DNA from: an uncultured Pseudomonadota bacterium
GTDB taxonomy: Bacteria > Vulcanimicrobiota > Vulcanimicrobiia > Eremiobacterales > Eremiobacteraceae
Reading direction: 5' to 3'
Length of the DNA: 64,000 nt
Assembly: GCA_963736005.1 (NCBI GenBank)
Contig: CAVTNB010000001.1
Coordinates: 1,088,001 to 1,152,000 of the forward strand
The first letter of the stretch is position 1. Every line of letters starts with the position of its first letter. Made by a program: the position numbers and the translations under genes. The notes beneath the pieces are model-generated. The model did no database searches. It was not told the origin of the DNA and saw nothing but the letters and a program-made list of their open reading frames with translations. This document shows positions 29,886 to 39,663 of this stretch, piece after piece.

Positions 29886-30674
29886 ATGGCAAGGATCGCA
29901 GGCTGCGCAAGCAACCCCAAGCGTCATCCTCTTTCGACGCTTGGGATTCTCTTTGCCGTCATTCTTGCAGCCTGGGCGCTGTGCATATGGGCGGAATGGA
30001 GCGGCATTGCCGTTTCGTTCCACCATCACGCGCTGTACGAGAGTGGCCGGCCGTTCTGGTCGTCCGCGCTCATCATGCTCGGCGCTTGGCAAGTGATGAC
30101 AGCGGCGATGATGTTGCCGTCCTCGCTTGGCTTCATCCGGATGTATAGCGCGACCGCGAAGAACGCCCCCGAGTTCCCCGCCACGATCGCGCTCTTTCTG
30201 ACTGCCTACTTTGCCGTGTGGAGCGCTTTTGCACTTGTGGCCTTCGCTGGAGACATGCAAGTGCACCGGGCAGTCGATGCCTGGCCGTGGCTCAACACGC
30301 ATCCGCAAGTCGTGCTTGCCAGCACGCTTCTCCTCGCGGGAATATATCAACTGACTCCGCTCAAAGATGCGTGCTTGAGAGCCTGTCGGCATCCAGGCAT
30401 GTATCTTGCTCGGCACTATCAGCGCGGCATGCTCAATGGATTCGCAATCGGTCTTGGACATGCGCTTTTCTGCTTGGGTTGCTGCTGGGCGCTTATGCTC
30501 GTGATGTTTGCCGCAGGTGTCGCGCATTTGGCTTGGATGGGGGCCCTGGGTGTGGTGATGCTCGTGGAAAAGGGCGCACGACATGGAGAGCGTTTGGTGG
30601 TGCCCGTGGGTGGAGTCCTCGCAGCGCTTGCTCTGATCAGCTTGCTCGCGCCTCACGCGATACCAGGATTATAG
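29886..30674 (+). CDS. DUF2182 family membrane protein
   Basis: WQVMTAAMMLPS, YQLTPLKDACLRACRHP, CLGCCWALM. Confidence 0.9.
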   Translation: MARIAGCASNPKRHPLSTLGILFAVILAAWALCIWAEWSGIAVSFHHHALYESGRPFWSSALIMLGAWQVMTAAMMLPSSLGFIRMYSATAKNAPEFPATIALFLTAYFAVWSAFALVAFAGDMQVHRAVDAWPWLNTHPQVVLASTLLLAGIYQLTPLKDACLRACRHPGMYLARHYQRGMLNGFAIGLGHALFCLGCCWALMLVMFAAGVAHLAWMGALGVVMLVEKGARHGERLVVPVGGVLAALALISLLAPHAIPGL

Positions 30675-30744
30675 CAGCGAAACTCGCACCCCAGTCTTGT
30701 TGGAGGGACGAACAATCAAAGCAGTGCAGCGTCAACGAGTCGGC

Positions 30745-31350
30745 ATGACGCCCGCGCGCGAGGAAGCCGAGCAGGCTTTTCTCGACGCGGCCGAGCGATT
30801 GCTTGTGAGTGTTGGCTACGGCGGCATTTCCACACGCAAGCTCGCTGAGGAGGCCGGACTCAACCACGGTCTCGTCCACTACTACTTTGGGTCCATGCAA
30901 GAGCTGCTCTTGCAGGTCCTCGAGCGCTTTACCGATCGGTTGATCTCGCGGCAGCGTGCGATGTACGCGAGCAATATGCCCTTCATCGACAAATGGCGCG
31001 AGGCGATGCGCTATCTCGAAGAAGACAACGCGAGCGGCTATGCAAAAGTCTGGTACGAACTGCAGGCACTGGGTTGGAATGATCCAGATATTCGCAAGCG
31101 CGTCGCCAAAGTCGATCAAGCATGGCAACAAGTTGTCACGGAAGCCTTCGACCAAGCAATGGACGAATACAAGCTCGATCGCGAAGAGTTTCCCCTCCGC
31201 GCGATCGTCGCGCTCGTTGCCACCTTCAACGTCGGCATGCATTTGCGCATGCTGTCCGGCATTCGCACCGGCCACAGGGAGCTGCTGGAGTGGATCGAGA
31301 GTTGGTTAGAAAATCTTGAGGCAAACAAGGCAAAGCGAGCGGTGAAATGA
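30745..31350 (+). CDS. TetR/AcrR family transcriptional regulator
   Basis: FLDAAERLL..STRKLAEEAGLNHGLVHYYFGS. Confidence 0.92.
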   Translation: MTPAREEAEQAFLDAAERLLVSVGYGGISTRKLAEEAGLNHGLVHYYFGSMQELLLQVLERFTDRLISRQRAMYASNMPFIDKWREAMRYLEEDNASGYAKVWYELQALGWNDPDIRKRVAKVDQAWQQVVTEAFDQAMDEYKLDREEFPLRAIVALVATFNVGMHLRMLSGIRTGHRELLEWIESWLENLEANKAKRAVK

Positions 31351-33491
31351 GAGCGCGGTATCCCGATCGCGAAGGCTTTGCCGAGCGGGAAGGCATCAAA
31401 ATCCACTACGAAGTTTACGGCGACGGGCCGCAGACGGTCTTGTTGCTGCCGCCCTGGTCAATCACGCATTCGCGCGTGTGGAAAGCGCAGGTTCCGTATC
31501 TCACGCGTCATTTTCGCGTCGTCACGTACGATGCGCCCGGCAATGGAAAGTCTGACCGACCACAAGATCCAAAACAGTATACGGATTGGAAGCGAGTAGC
31601 GGATGCGATGGCAGTGATGGGCGCGACTGGCGCGCAGCGGGCAGTGATCGTCGGCATCTGCACCGAGGCGTGGACGGCGACGTTGCTCGCGGGCGAGCAC
31701 CCGCAAGCTGCCTTGGGGTTGGTCTTCTTCTCGCCGGTGTCGCCCTATGGCGAGAGCTTACCCGAGCGCGAAGCTGCGCCATTTGATGCCGTCCTCGACC
31801 AGCACGAAGGCTGGGCCAAAGAGAATCGTCACTATTGGCTGAGCAACTACCGTGATTTCTTGGAGTTTTTCTTCGGGCAAGCCCTGTATGAGCCTCACTC
31901 GACCAAGCAGTTGGAAGATGCGGTGGGCTACGGTCTCGAGACTACTCCTCAAACCCTTCTCGCCACGGTCGACGCGCCCGAATATCTCGCGACCTTGAAG
32001 GCAGACGATCCGGAAGTTGCCGAGCTTTATCGCAAGATTGAGTGTCCAGTGCTCGTCATTCACGGCGAGCAAGACAAACTCGTTTCGTCCACGCGTGGGG
32101 TCGCCGTCGCCAAAGCGACCGGCGCCCAGCTCGTCTTGGTTGAAGGCGGTGGCCACATGCTGTGGGCACGGCAGCCCGTGAAGATCAATCTGCTCTTGCG
32201 AGAGTTTGCCGAGCGAGTGTTCTCTCAAGGGGGAGCGTTTCGTAACGGCGAGGGCGGCACAGGGCGGCGCTGGTCCGTGGCGCGCAAACGACCGAGGCGG
32301 GCGCTGTACATCTCGTCGCCCATTGGCCTGGGTCATGCTATGCGCGACGTTGCCATCGCCGACGAATTGCGTAAGCTTCGTCCGGGACTTGAAGTGGACT
32401 GGCTCGCGCAGCATCCGGTGACGGCAGTACTCGAGGCGCGCGGCGAACGCATTCATCCAGCCAGCCGCTTTTTGGCGAGCGAGAGCAAGCACATCGAAAG
32501 CGAGTCGGCCGAGCACGACCTGCATGCATTTCAGGCCTTGCGGCGCATGGACGAGATCTTGGTCAACAACTTTATGGTGTTCCACGACATCGTGCGCGAC
32601 GAGCCGTACGATCTCTGGATCGGCGATGAAGCATGGGAACTCGATTATTTCCTCCATGAGAACCCAGAAGAGAAACGCTCGCCCTACGTCTGGATGACCG
32701 ATTTCGTCGGCTGGCTTCCGATGCCCGATGGTGGGCAACACGAAGAGTTCCTCACCGCCGATTACAATGCTGAAATGCTCGAGCAAATCGCGCGATATCC
32801 ACGCCTACGCGACCGCTCGATCTTCGTCGGCAACCCAGAGGATATCGTTCCGCAGCGTTTTGGCCGAGATCTCCCTCAGATTGCCGACTGGACGAAGCAG
32901 CATTACGATTTTTGTGGCTACATCACGGGCTTCGATTCCGCGACTTTCGCAGATCACGCCGGGCTGCGCGCCGAACTTGGCTACCGCCAGGATGAAGTGG
33001 TTTGCATCGTGACGGTCGGTGGGTCGGGCGTGGGCGAACATCTTTTGCGCAGAGTGATCGACGCGTATCCGCTTGCCAAGCAGCGCATTCCCAACCTGCG
33101 AATGATTGTCGTTGCAGGACCTCGGATCGACCCAGCATCGTTACCGTCGCCTCAGGGGCTCGAGGTTCGCGCTTACGTCCACGAACTGTATCGTCATCTG
33201 GCTGCTTGCGATATCGCCATCGTTCAAGGCGGGTTGACGACCACAATGGAGCTTACGGCGAACCGGCGGCCATTCTTATATTTTCCGCTGCGGCATCATT
33301 TCGAGCAGAACTTTCACGTGCGACATCGGCTCGAGCGCTATGCCGCCGGGCGGTGCATGGAGTATGCGACGGCGACGCCTGAAGTTATTGCCATGGCGCT
33401 TGCGCAAGAGCTGCAAAAGCCAGTCGCCTATAAGCCAGTAGACACCGACGGCGCATTCCGCGCAGCACAACGCATCGCGGAGTTGATCTAG
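31347..33491 (+). CDS. Alpha/beta hydrolase fused to GT-B glycosyltransferase domain
   Basis: N-half YDAPGNGKSD, HGEQD, GGGH; C-half SSPIGLGHAMRD, TVGGSG, QGGLTT.MEL, HFEQ. Confidence 0.85.
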   Translation: MRARYPDREGFAEREGIKIHYEVYGDGPQTVLLLPPWSITHSRVWKAQVPYLTRHFRVVTYDAPGNGKSDRPQDPKQYTDWKRVADAMAVMGATGAQRAVIVGICTEAWTATLLAGEHPQAALGLVFFSPVSPYGESLPEREAAPFDAVLDQHEGWAKENRHYWLSNYRDFLEFFFGQALYEPHSTKQLEDAVGYGLETTPQTLLATVDAPEYLATLKADDPEVAELYRKIECPVLVIHGEQDKLVSSTRGVAVAKATGAQLVLVEGGGHMLWARQPVKINLLLREFAERVFSQGGAFRNGEGGTGRRWSVARKRPRRALYISSPIGLGHAMRDVAIADELRKLRPGLEVDWLAQHPVTAVLEARGERIHPASRFLASESKHIESESAEHDLHAFQALRRMDEILVNNFMVFHDIVRDEPYDLWIGDEAWELDYFLHENPEEKRSPYVWMTDFVGWLPMPDGGQHEEFLTADYNAEMLEQIARYPRLRDRSIFVGNPEDIVPQRFGRDLPQIADWTKQHYDFCGYITGFDSATFADHAGLRAELGYRQDEVVCIVTVGGSGVGEHLLRRVIDAYPLAKQRIPNLRMIVVAGPRIDPASLPSPQGLEVRAYVHELYRHLAACDIAIVQGGLTTTMELTANRRPFLYFPLRHHFEQNFHVRHRLERYAAGRCMEYATATPEVIAMALAQELQKPVAYKPVDTDGAFRAAQRIAELI

Positions 33492-33502
33492 AGTTTCCCG
33501 TA

Positions 33503-34834
33503 TCAGTCGTTATCTGGCGGCATGACGCGTCGCCGGCTCATGAGCTCGGCCTTCGAGTATTTTGCGGTGACGACATGATAGGTTAGCGGCGTTTGCGCAA
33601 AATTGAAGCAGTCACTGAGATCATCGCCACGAGCATCGGTATATCCCAGCGAGCCAAGCCCGAACTGTTCCTCGGTGAAATGCAGAATGCTGCCGAATTC
33701 GTGCTGCGTGTGCGAGACATACCCGGGCTTCGCATAGGGTGAGATAACGATGAGGGGGACGCGGAATCCCAACTCGTAGGAATTGAAGATCTGCGGCTTG
33801 ACATGATCGTACCAGCCGCCCCAGTCATCCCAGGTCACAAAAATCACGGTATTCTTCCAATACTTGCTCGTTCCGATGGCATTGACGACGTCTGCTACCC
33901 ACGAGGGGCCCGCATCTGAGAGCGTATTGGCATGGTCGGAATTCGTTCCGTTTGGTATGACCCACGAGACGGCCGGCAGTTGTCCGAGGTTGATGTCGCT
34001 GAAGATATTGGTCTCGGGAATCGACACTTTGGCCCAATCCGACCCGTAGCGGATGTGGCTGATAGCATCAGGAGCCGCCCACAAGAAGTAGGGCTCCGGA
34101 GTGTAGTACTTCCACGAGATGCCCTTTGCGTCGAGAAGATCAAATAACGTCTGGTGATCGAAGCAAGGAAATTGCGAATGGGCCTCGCTGCCGCTTGGAT
34201 CGATCAGGGCAACCGTACTTCCCGGTGGCGAATCGCAGCCTTGATTCACTTTTGGCACAGCTGTCGGAAAACTCACGTTTTCAGCCACTAGCAGGTCACT
34301 CCCCGGAGTGGGGATCGATGTGCCTGACGTGATGAACATGTGCGCCGGAAAGCTCGGGCCTTGATTGGTCTGAAACATGCGGTCGGCGAACGTAAATTGT
34401 TCGGCGAGTGCGAAGTATGGCGCCGTTTCCGAATGGGGGACGTAGCCGTATGCAGCGTCCGCGGGCGGGGTGAAGCCCGGCTGCGGACCGGTCTTTTCGA
34501 GGTCGAACCCATTCATGTTACCGTTGGCATACTCAGTGACAAAGCCCGTGTGACTGTGGTCGAGGTCGTAAAGAGCTTCTAAACCAATCGGCTGGAGCGC
34601 TACAGTTGTGCCGTTCGAGGTCTGGCCCATGGTGACGGTATCCGCGCCAGGAAAGCCATTAAAGAGATCATCGACGGAGCGATTCTCTTGAAAGATGATG
34701 ACGATGTGCTGGATCTGGACCGAACCCGGCGTGGAACCCGATCCCGGAGCGATTGAGGAGCTTCCACCGCCGCCGCACGACGCGATGATCGAACACAGCC
34801 CTACCAAGATGTAGACAGCAATCCAAGCACGCAT
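33503..34834 (-). CDS. Phosphoesterase / phospholipase C family lipoprotein
   Basis: Lipobox IASC; IQHIVIIFQENRS, GPSFPAH, SDH, TWDDWGGWYDHV, GFRVP. Confidence 0.9.
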   Translation of the reverse strand: MRAWIAVYILVGLCSIIASCGGGGSSSIAPGSGSTPGSVQIQHIVIIFQENRSVDDLFNGFPGADTVTMGQTSNGTTVALQPIGLEALYDLDHSHTGFVTEYANGNMNGFDLEKTGPQPGFTPPADAAYGYVPHSETAPYFALAEQFTFADRMFQTNQGPSFPAHMFITSGTSIPTPGSDLLVAENVSFPTAVPKVNQGCDSPPGSTVALIDPSGSEAHSQFPCFDHQTLFDLLDAKGISWKYYTPEPYFLWAAPDAISHIRYGSDWAKVSIPETNIFSDINLGQLPAVSWVIPNGTNSDHANTLSDAGPSWVADVVNAIGTSKYWKNTVIFVTWDDWGGWYDHVKPQIFNSYELGFRVPLIVISPYAKPGYVSHTQHEFGSILHFTEEQFGLGSLGYTDARGDDLSDCFNFAQTPLTYHVVTAKYSKAELMSRRRVMPPDND

Positions 34835-34982
34835 GCGAAGCATCTCCCTCATTCTTGCGCAGCTTCTCACCAACAAGAAAATCATACCTACTCGCAGAGG
34901 ACTGCTCATTAAGGCATGATGAGATCATGGCATCCAACGCATCACACCTCACGATGATGGAGCAACGGACCTGTAGGTCAGC

Positions 34983-35561
34983 TTGCCGAATCGCGCGTCA
35001 TGGAAGTCACAAATCGTGGCTGATGCTGACGCCGTCCGATCTTTCGCGAGCGGTCTGTTCATCCTGACCGGTTTCGGCGCGCTTTGGATGATTCTCGGAG
35101 CGCGCTTGCTCTGGGGATGGAATTGGCGCCCGCTACTTGTCATTGCACTTATCACGTTGATCTTAGGATTCAGCGCGCAAAAGGTGTGGATCGCCGCCAA
35201 GCATTTCGCAAACGCCGCTCCAGGAGGCGCGACCCCTGGATTTTTGGGCATCAACTTCGGCATGGTGACGACCCTTGAGTTTGCGCTGATATTCGCGCTC
35301 GCGTTTGCCCTCGGCCGGTTAGGACGGCCCGATCTGATCTTTCAGGTCGTTGCTCTCGTCGTGGGTCTGCACTTCATTCCACTCGCAGCGATCTTTCACG
35401 GGCCGATCTATTTCGGGACTGCAGCTGCGATCATTCTTGCGTCGCTTGGCGCTTTTGTCTTTCATGACCCGGCCTTGCGCCAAGGGGTGGCGTGCATAGG
35501 ATGTGGAGCATCGCTCTGGCTGACCTCTGCTATCATGCTGAGGATGAGTGGAATTTCATAA
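34983..35561 (+). CDS. Hypothetical membrane protein
   Basis: About 6 TM; VVGLHFIPLA motif; real start may be GTG 35016. Confidence 0.65.
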   Translation: MPNRASWKSQIVADADAVRSFASGLFILTGFGALWMILGARLLWGWNWRPLLVIALITLILGFSAQKVWIAAKHFANAAPGGATPGFLGINFGMVTTLEFALIFALAFALGRLGRPDLIFQVVALVVGLHFIPLAAIFHGPIYFGTAAAIILASLGAFVFHDPALRQGVACIGCGASLWLTSAIMLRMSGIS

Positions 35562-36884
35562 GCCTAATTGCAACGCTTTTTGAGCTTCGTCCGCAAAAAA
35601 CGGGTGAAAGTGAGCGTTGAGAGAGAGCGCCCAGCGCAGACGTCGGCGGGCGCGGTCGACCTTGCCATTGTGAAGCTCGATCATCCCAGTATGAAACTGC
35701 AAGCGCGGGTCTTGGGTGCCTAGGGCGGCCGCGCGCTCAGCGTGCGGGAGTGCCTCGCCCCACCGACCGGCTTGAGCGAGTGCCCACCCAAGGGTGTCTT
35801 CTGCATAGATGTCGTCGCGGCTAGCAAGATCTCGCCGTGCGATGGTCTCCGCTCGGTCCAGCGAGAGGTCATGATCGCTATAAAAGATTGCGATAAGCCG
35901 GTCGTTGATACCCTGCGTGTTGCCAATGCGCTCGATGGCGCCGATCAGTTTTGCGGTTAGCTCGGCCCCTCGTGTATCTCCGAGCGCTCGTTGCGCATCG
36001 TACTCGTAGCCTAAGGCCTCAGGCAATGGATAGACATCTGCTGATTGCTTTGCAAACGCCAGCGCCTCGCGCCAACGTCTGCTGGCCCAATAGACCTTGG
36101 CCAAACCGTTCGTCGCGTGCCAGTAGTTGGGAAAGATCGCAAGCGCTACCTTATAATCTGCTTCGGCAGCCGTGAGGTCACCCGCCTCGAACGCAAGGTC
36201 TCCAGCGCGCCAATGGAACCACGCCCGGTTTTCGGCTGCTGCGTACGCGTTGTCATCAATATCCGCTTGCGCGCTCGCGATGAGGTCTCGCGCAGCAGAA
36301 ACGTTTCCGGTCAGCTCCGCATAACGGGCAGCTGCGGTCTGCCAACTGGTGTCGGCACGCGCTCCAGGAGATCCGCTCAAGAGTGCCCCGGCTCGGGCAT
36401 ACTGGCCAAGCTCTATATCGAGTGATGCCGCGGTTGCGCGAGCATCCGGGCTCCAAGGTGTCAGCAAGACGACGTCATCGGCGTAGCGTTTGGCAAGCCT
36501 AAACTTGTGCAAGGCTGTGTATGCGGAAGCAAGGGTGGATTCTGCCGCTACGTTGTAACGCGGCTGGTAGCGCATGGCGAGTTGCGCATTGGCGACGGCG
36601 CGCAGCAAGTCGCCGACGTCGGGGGCTTCGCGAAATCGTTGCAGGTATTGAGCGGCGAGCATGCGAGTATCGAGCTGGTCCGGATGCCGCCTGACATCGG
36701 CTTCGAGGTCCCCGATGATGCCGTCGCGAGCGAGGTAATCCGGAATGACCTGCGCCATGGTTGGCGCCGGCGCTGGGGCGATTTGAGCATTGTCATGCGC
36801 GTGCGATGCAGCGTATGCAGCAGCGGCGAGTGCAACAAGTGCGCTCGCCACCACCGCTATTGTCGTTCGCGTGCGCGCGATCAT
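35556..36884 (-). CDS. Secreted tetratricopeptide-repeat protein
   Basis: Signal/TM N-terminus; Ala-rich TPR helices; RDDIYAEDTLGWAL, FHTGMI typical of DUF4331-linked TPR proteins. Confidence 0.85.
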   Translation of the reverse strand: MIARTRTTIAVVASALVALAAAAYAASHAHDNAQIAPAPAPTMAQVIPDYLARDGIIGDLEADVRRHPDQLDTRMLAAQYLQRFREAPDVGDLLRAVANAQLAMRYQPRYNVAAESTLASAYTALHKFRLAKRYADDVVLLTPWSPDARATAASLDIELGQYARAGALLSGSPGARADTSWQTAAARYAELTGNVSAARDLIASAQADIDDNAYAAAENRAWFHWRAGDLAFEAGDLTAAEADYKVALAIFPNYWHATNGLAKVYWASRRWREALAFAKQSADVYPLPEALGYEYDAQRALGDTRGAELTAKLIGAIERIGNTQGINDRLIAIFYSDHDLSLDRAETIARRDLASRDDIYAEDTLGWALAQAGRWGEALPHAERAAALGTQDPRLQFHTGMIELHNGKVDRARRRLRWALSLNAHFHPFFADEAQKALQLGL

Positions 36885-36892
36885 CGATCGTC

Positions 36893-37516
36893 TTAGTACG
36901 GCGTATTGACGTACGGGAAGGTCGCGCTGTAGCTTTGGAACGCGCCTTCTCCGTTCGAGAGGTTGTCATCGGTAAGACACCACGACTCGTTCCCATCATC
37001 CGGCGCGCCACCCAGAGCCGCTACCGTGTTGCCGAAGATGATGCCGAGCGATGTCTTGATCGTATCGTCGTTGAGCCAGCGGCCGCCGAACGTCGAGCCA
37101 GTGGCGCCTGCCGTTTCGACTCCAAGGTAGGCAGCGCATGGCGTGTTTGCCGTTCCGCAACCGGCGACCGTCTTGCTGAGGTCGACCTTCATTTCATCGG
37201 GAATGAGGACACTGACGATGAAGTTGCTGGTTGCCGTGCTTCGGTTGGCGACGCCGCCTGAACCGGGCGGTCCCAAGAAGGTTGTGATAGCGCTTTGCAG
37301 TGCCGTGTCGTTGGTCGGCGCGCTGCGATTGGTTTGATCGTGGTTGGCGAACGCTTCGAACGCTTCTTTAATTGCCGGTCGAGAGAGGCGTTCGATTTGC
37401 ACGTACTGCGCCACGGTTGGTGGAGTGCCCGGTGGGTTGCTGGCGCTTGTGTTGCAGCCCGCAAAGGCAACCGTCAGAACGCCGACCGCGGCGATTTTGA
37501 TCAGGCTAGTATTCAT
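36893..37516 (-). CDS. DUF4331-related lipoprotein (C-terminal-type half)
   Basis: AGGAGG RBS; lipobox FAGC; QIERLSRPAI, GGRWLNDD, TFPYV..PY. Confidence 0.75.
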   Translation of the reverse strand: MNTSLIKIAAVGVLTVAFAGCNTSASNPPGTPPTVAQYVQIERLSRPAIKEAFEAFANHDQTNRSAPTNDTALQSAITTFLGPPGSGGVANRSTATSNFIVSVLIPDEMKVDLSKTVAGCGTANTPCAAYLGVETAGATGSTFGGRWLNDDTIKTSLGIIFGNTVAALGGAPDDGNESWCLTDDNLSNGEGAFQSYSATFPYVNTPY

Positions 37517-37529
37517 TGTTGCATTCCTC

Positions 37530-38336
37530 CTAGGAGCCGGACTTCGTGCTGGTCGTCGTCCACACGCCGATGACCGGGTGCGTCGCGTTGAGCAAAAGCG
37601 ACTTGGGCATCTCTGCGACGATGGCGATGACGTTAAACTGGTGTGAAGAGAGCGCATCTGATGCAGGCATCAGGCTGCAGCTCGTGCTGTGCAGGGTATT
37701 GAAGCCTGCCGTGAAGCCATTGAAGCTCCCAGCAGTCGCACCGCCGCACGGCACGCCGAAGCCATTGGTAAACGGCGAGTGACAACCGTAATAGCGGTCG
37801 GGAATGATGTTGAAGAATGTTAGGAGATCGAAGAAAAACGGGTCTTTGGTTGGTCCAACGAAAACCTTGACACCGTTCGACTGAACCGTGCCGCTCGTAT
37901 CGTTAAACACCACGCTTCCGGTTTTTCCGACAAACGTAGAATTGGTTCCGGTCTCATTAGGTTTGGCTGGGCCGTAGAGGTCGATCGTCTGACCGGCACC
38001 CGCCGACTTTGCTTTGAGCTGAAAGACGAGGTCTTCGACGCCGTCACCGGTGTTGTCGACCTTGAATTGATACATAACGGCCGGATCGAGCGCAACGGTG
38101 CCGAGCTGACTGTGCGTAATGAGCGGCCAGACGTCCATTTGCAGGACGATGTTATTCGGGTTGTCCGGCGCTTGGTAGGCAAAGACGTCGGTAATGTCCG
38201 CGGCTGGACGATTGACCGTCGTTGGTGAATCTTGATGATCCGAGCCGCGCACTGGATGCGCGGTGTAGAAAAGAATGGCCCCAGCGATAACGGCTATGCC
38301 GATGCCGGCGGCCGCGCGAAGTGTTTGACGTTTCAT
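37530..38336 (-). CDS. DUF4331 family secreted protein (N-terminal-type half)
   Basis: GGAGG RBS; signal then SDHQDSP..ADITDVFAY, YQFKVDNTGD, FVGPTKDPFFFD, NVIAIVAE. Confidence 0.85.
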   Translation of the reverse strand: MKRQTLRAAAGIGIAVIAGAILFYTAHPVRGSDHQDSPTTVNRPAADITDVFAYQAPDNPNNIVLQMDVWPLITHSQLGTVALDPAVMYQFKVDNTGDGVEDLVFQLKAKSAGAGQTIDLYGPAKPNETGTNSTFVGKTGSVVFNDTSGTVQSNGVKVFVGPTKDPFFFDLLTFFNIIPDRYYGCHSPFTNGFGVPCGGATAGSFNGFTAGFNTLHSTSCSLMPASDALSSHQFNVIAIVAEMPKSLLLNATHPVIGVWTTTSTKSGS

Positions 38337-38403
38337 CGAGTCGCCTCCATAAGTGCGTAGTTGCGAGCCGCTTCTTTCGTGTTGCGCCGGCAACTGATGG
38401 CTC

Positions 38404-38429
38404 AACGAGGCATCTGATGAATCGGATGA
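38404..38429 (-). promoter_or_regulatory. Putative ECF sigma promoter TCATCC-N16-CGTT (copy 1)
   Basis: Minus strand tcatcc-gattcatcagatgcct-cgtt; identical spacing in two other copies. Confidence 0.6.
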
Positions 38430-38474
38430 GATGATTCTGCAATCGCGCTGGTTCGATGCGACGCGAAACCCAAT

Positions 38475-38499
38475 GTAGCAGCGGACCTTTAGGTCCGCT
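38475..38499 (+). repeat. REP family C (plus orientation)
   Basis: gtagcagcggacctttaggtccgct. Confidence 0.8.
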
Positions 38500-38556
38500 C
38501 TCGATCGCGCAAACGCCAAGCGGAAGCGCGCCACTCTTGTGGCGCTTTGATGGGAT

Positions 38557-38582
38557 AACGATTCGCAACCACGATCGGATGA
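38557..38582 (-). promoter_or_regulatory. Putative ECF sigma promoter TCATCC-N16-CGTT (copy 2)
   Basis: Minus strand tcatcc-gatcgtggttgcgaat-cgtt. Confidence 0.55.
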
Positions 38583-38611
38583 CGATAGGGCCCCATCGCA
38601 CAACCCCGAAC

Positions 38612-39079
38612 ATGTGGCAAAACCTCATGCTGCCCCAATCACTCGTGGGTTTCGATCATCGCCTCATTGAGTTTGCTCGAAAGCGCGGGCCTACCATCCT
38701 GCGCATAGCGTTGGGTATCGTCTTTGTGTGGTTCGGAGCGCTCAAGATCTTCGGCGTCAGCCCGGTGGCAGGGCTTGTGGCCGAGACCGCCGCGTTTGTG
38801 CCGCCACTGGTCGCCGTTGTCGGCGTCGGCATCGTCGAGGTGGTCATCGGACTTGGCCTGCTCAGCGGAATTGCCATCCGCGTGACGATGTTGCTCTTCT
38901 TCTTACAGATGGCTGCGACGTTCTTGCCGGTCGTTACGCACCCGCACTTGGTTTTTGTGGGCAGCAACCCTCTGGTGCTCACAACGCTCGGCGAGTTCAT
39001 CTGCAAGAATCTCGTGCTGCTTGCCGCAGGCATGGTCGTCGTCGCCTCGGTGCCCAAGGCGCAACCGACATCTCGCTAG
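38612..39079 (+). CDS. DoxX family membrane protein
   Basis: LRIALGIVFVWFGALK, GIVEVVIGLGL, GEFICKNLVL. Confidence 0.85.
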   Translation: MWQNLMLPQSLVGFDHRLIEFARKRGPTILRIALGIVFVWFGALKIFGVSPVAGLVAETAAFVPPLVAVVGVGIVEVVIGLGLLSGIAIRVTMLLFFLQMAATFLPVVTHPHLVFVGSNPLVLTTLGEFICKNLVLLAAGMVVVASVPKAQPTSR

Positions 39080-39111
39080 CCGAAGCGATCGCATTTGCGT
39101 GGAGCAGCCGC

Positions 39112-39588
39112 TCAGCGACTGGCTGCGGTGACAATCCTCATGAGCGTGTTGGTGAAAGCTTCGCGCTCTCGCGCTGACAGGCGGTCCAGTTCGCGGTAGA
39201 CGCCGGAGCGCATGTAGTCGCTTTGAACCGCAGCACCGATCTTGCGCCCTCTTGAGGTGAGCCGCACATAGCGCACGCGCCGGTCGTTCTTCGAGGAGAC
39301 TCGCTCGACGAGGCCCCCCTCCTCGAGGCGGTCGAGCATGCTGGAAAGATTGCCCGCGTCGCATCCGCACTGGCGCGCGAGGTCCCCAGACGTGACCCCC
39401 TCGGTTTGGTACAGGTGCCAGATGGCGATGGCCATGGGCTTGGAGGAGAGGCCTTGGCGCCCCGAGATTTTCCTTAACTCGTCGACCACGTTTTCGCCAG
39501 CGGCGATGAGCGCCTTGACCGTTGGTAGGTACAGTTCATCCCACCCCTCGGGGTGGAGGGCTTCCTGTACTTTTGGTCTACTTGACAT
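39112..39588 (-). CDS. MarR family transcriptional regulator
   Basis: LARQCGCDAGNLSSMLDRLEEGGLVER..DRRVRYVRLT..G. Confidence 0.9.
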   Translation of the reverse strand: MSSRPKVQEALHPEGWDELYLPTVKALIAAGENVVDELRKISGRQGLSSKPMAIAIWHLYQTEGVTSGDLARQCGCDAGNLSSMLDRLEEGGLVERVSSKNDRRVRYVRLTSRGRKIGAAVQSDYMRSGVYRELDRLSAREREAFTNTLMRIVTAASR

Positions 39589-39646
39589 ATTTGTTAAATA
39601 CAAGTATATTACGGGCAGAGCACATATTTGTTAATTACAACTATAT
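39585..39646. promoter_or_regulatory. Two 25-bp direct repeats, each with a TTGT-N5-ACAA palindrome; probable MarR operators
   Basis: acatatttgttaaatacaagtatat (39585) and acatatttgttaattacaactatat (39622); 2 mismatches, period 37. Confidence 0.7.
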
Positions 39647-39663
39647 CATAAGGGCCAAGTCTC

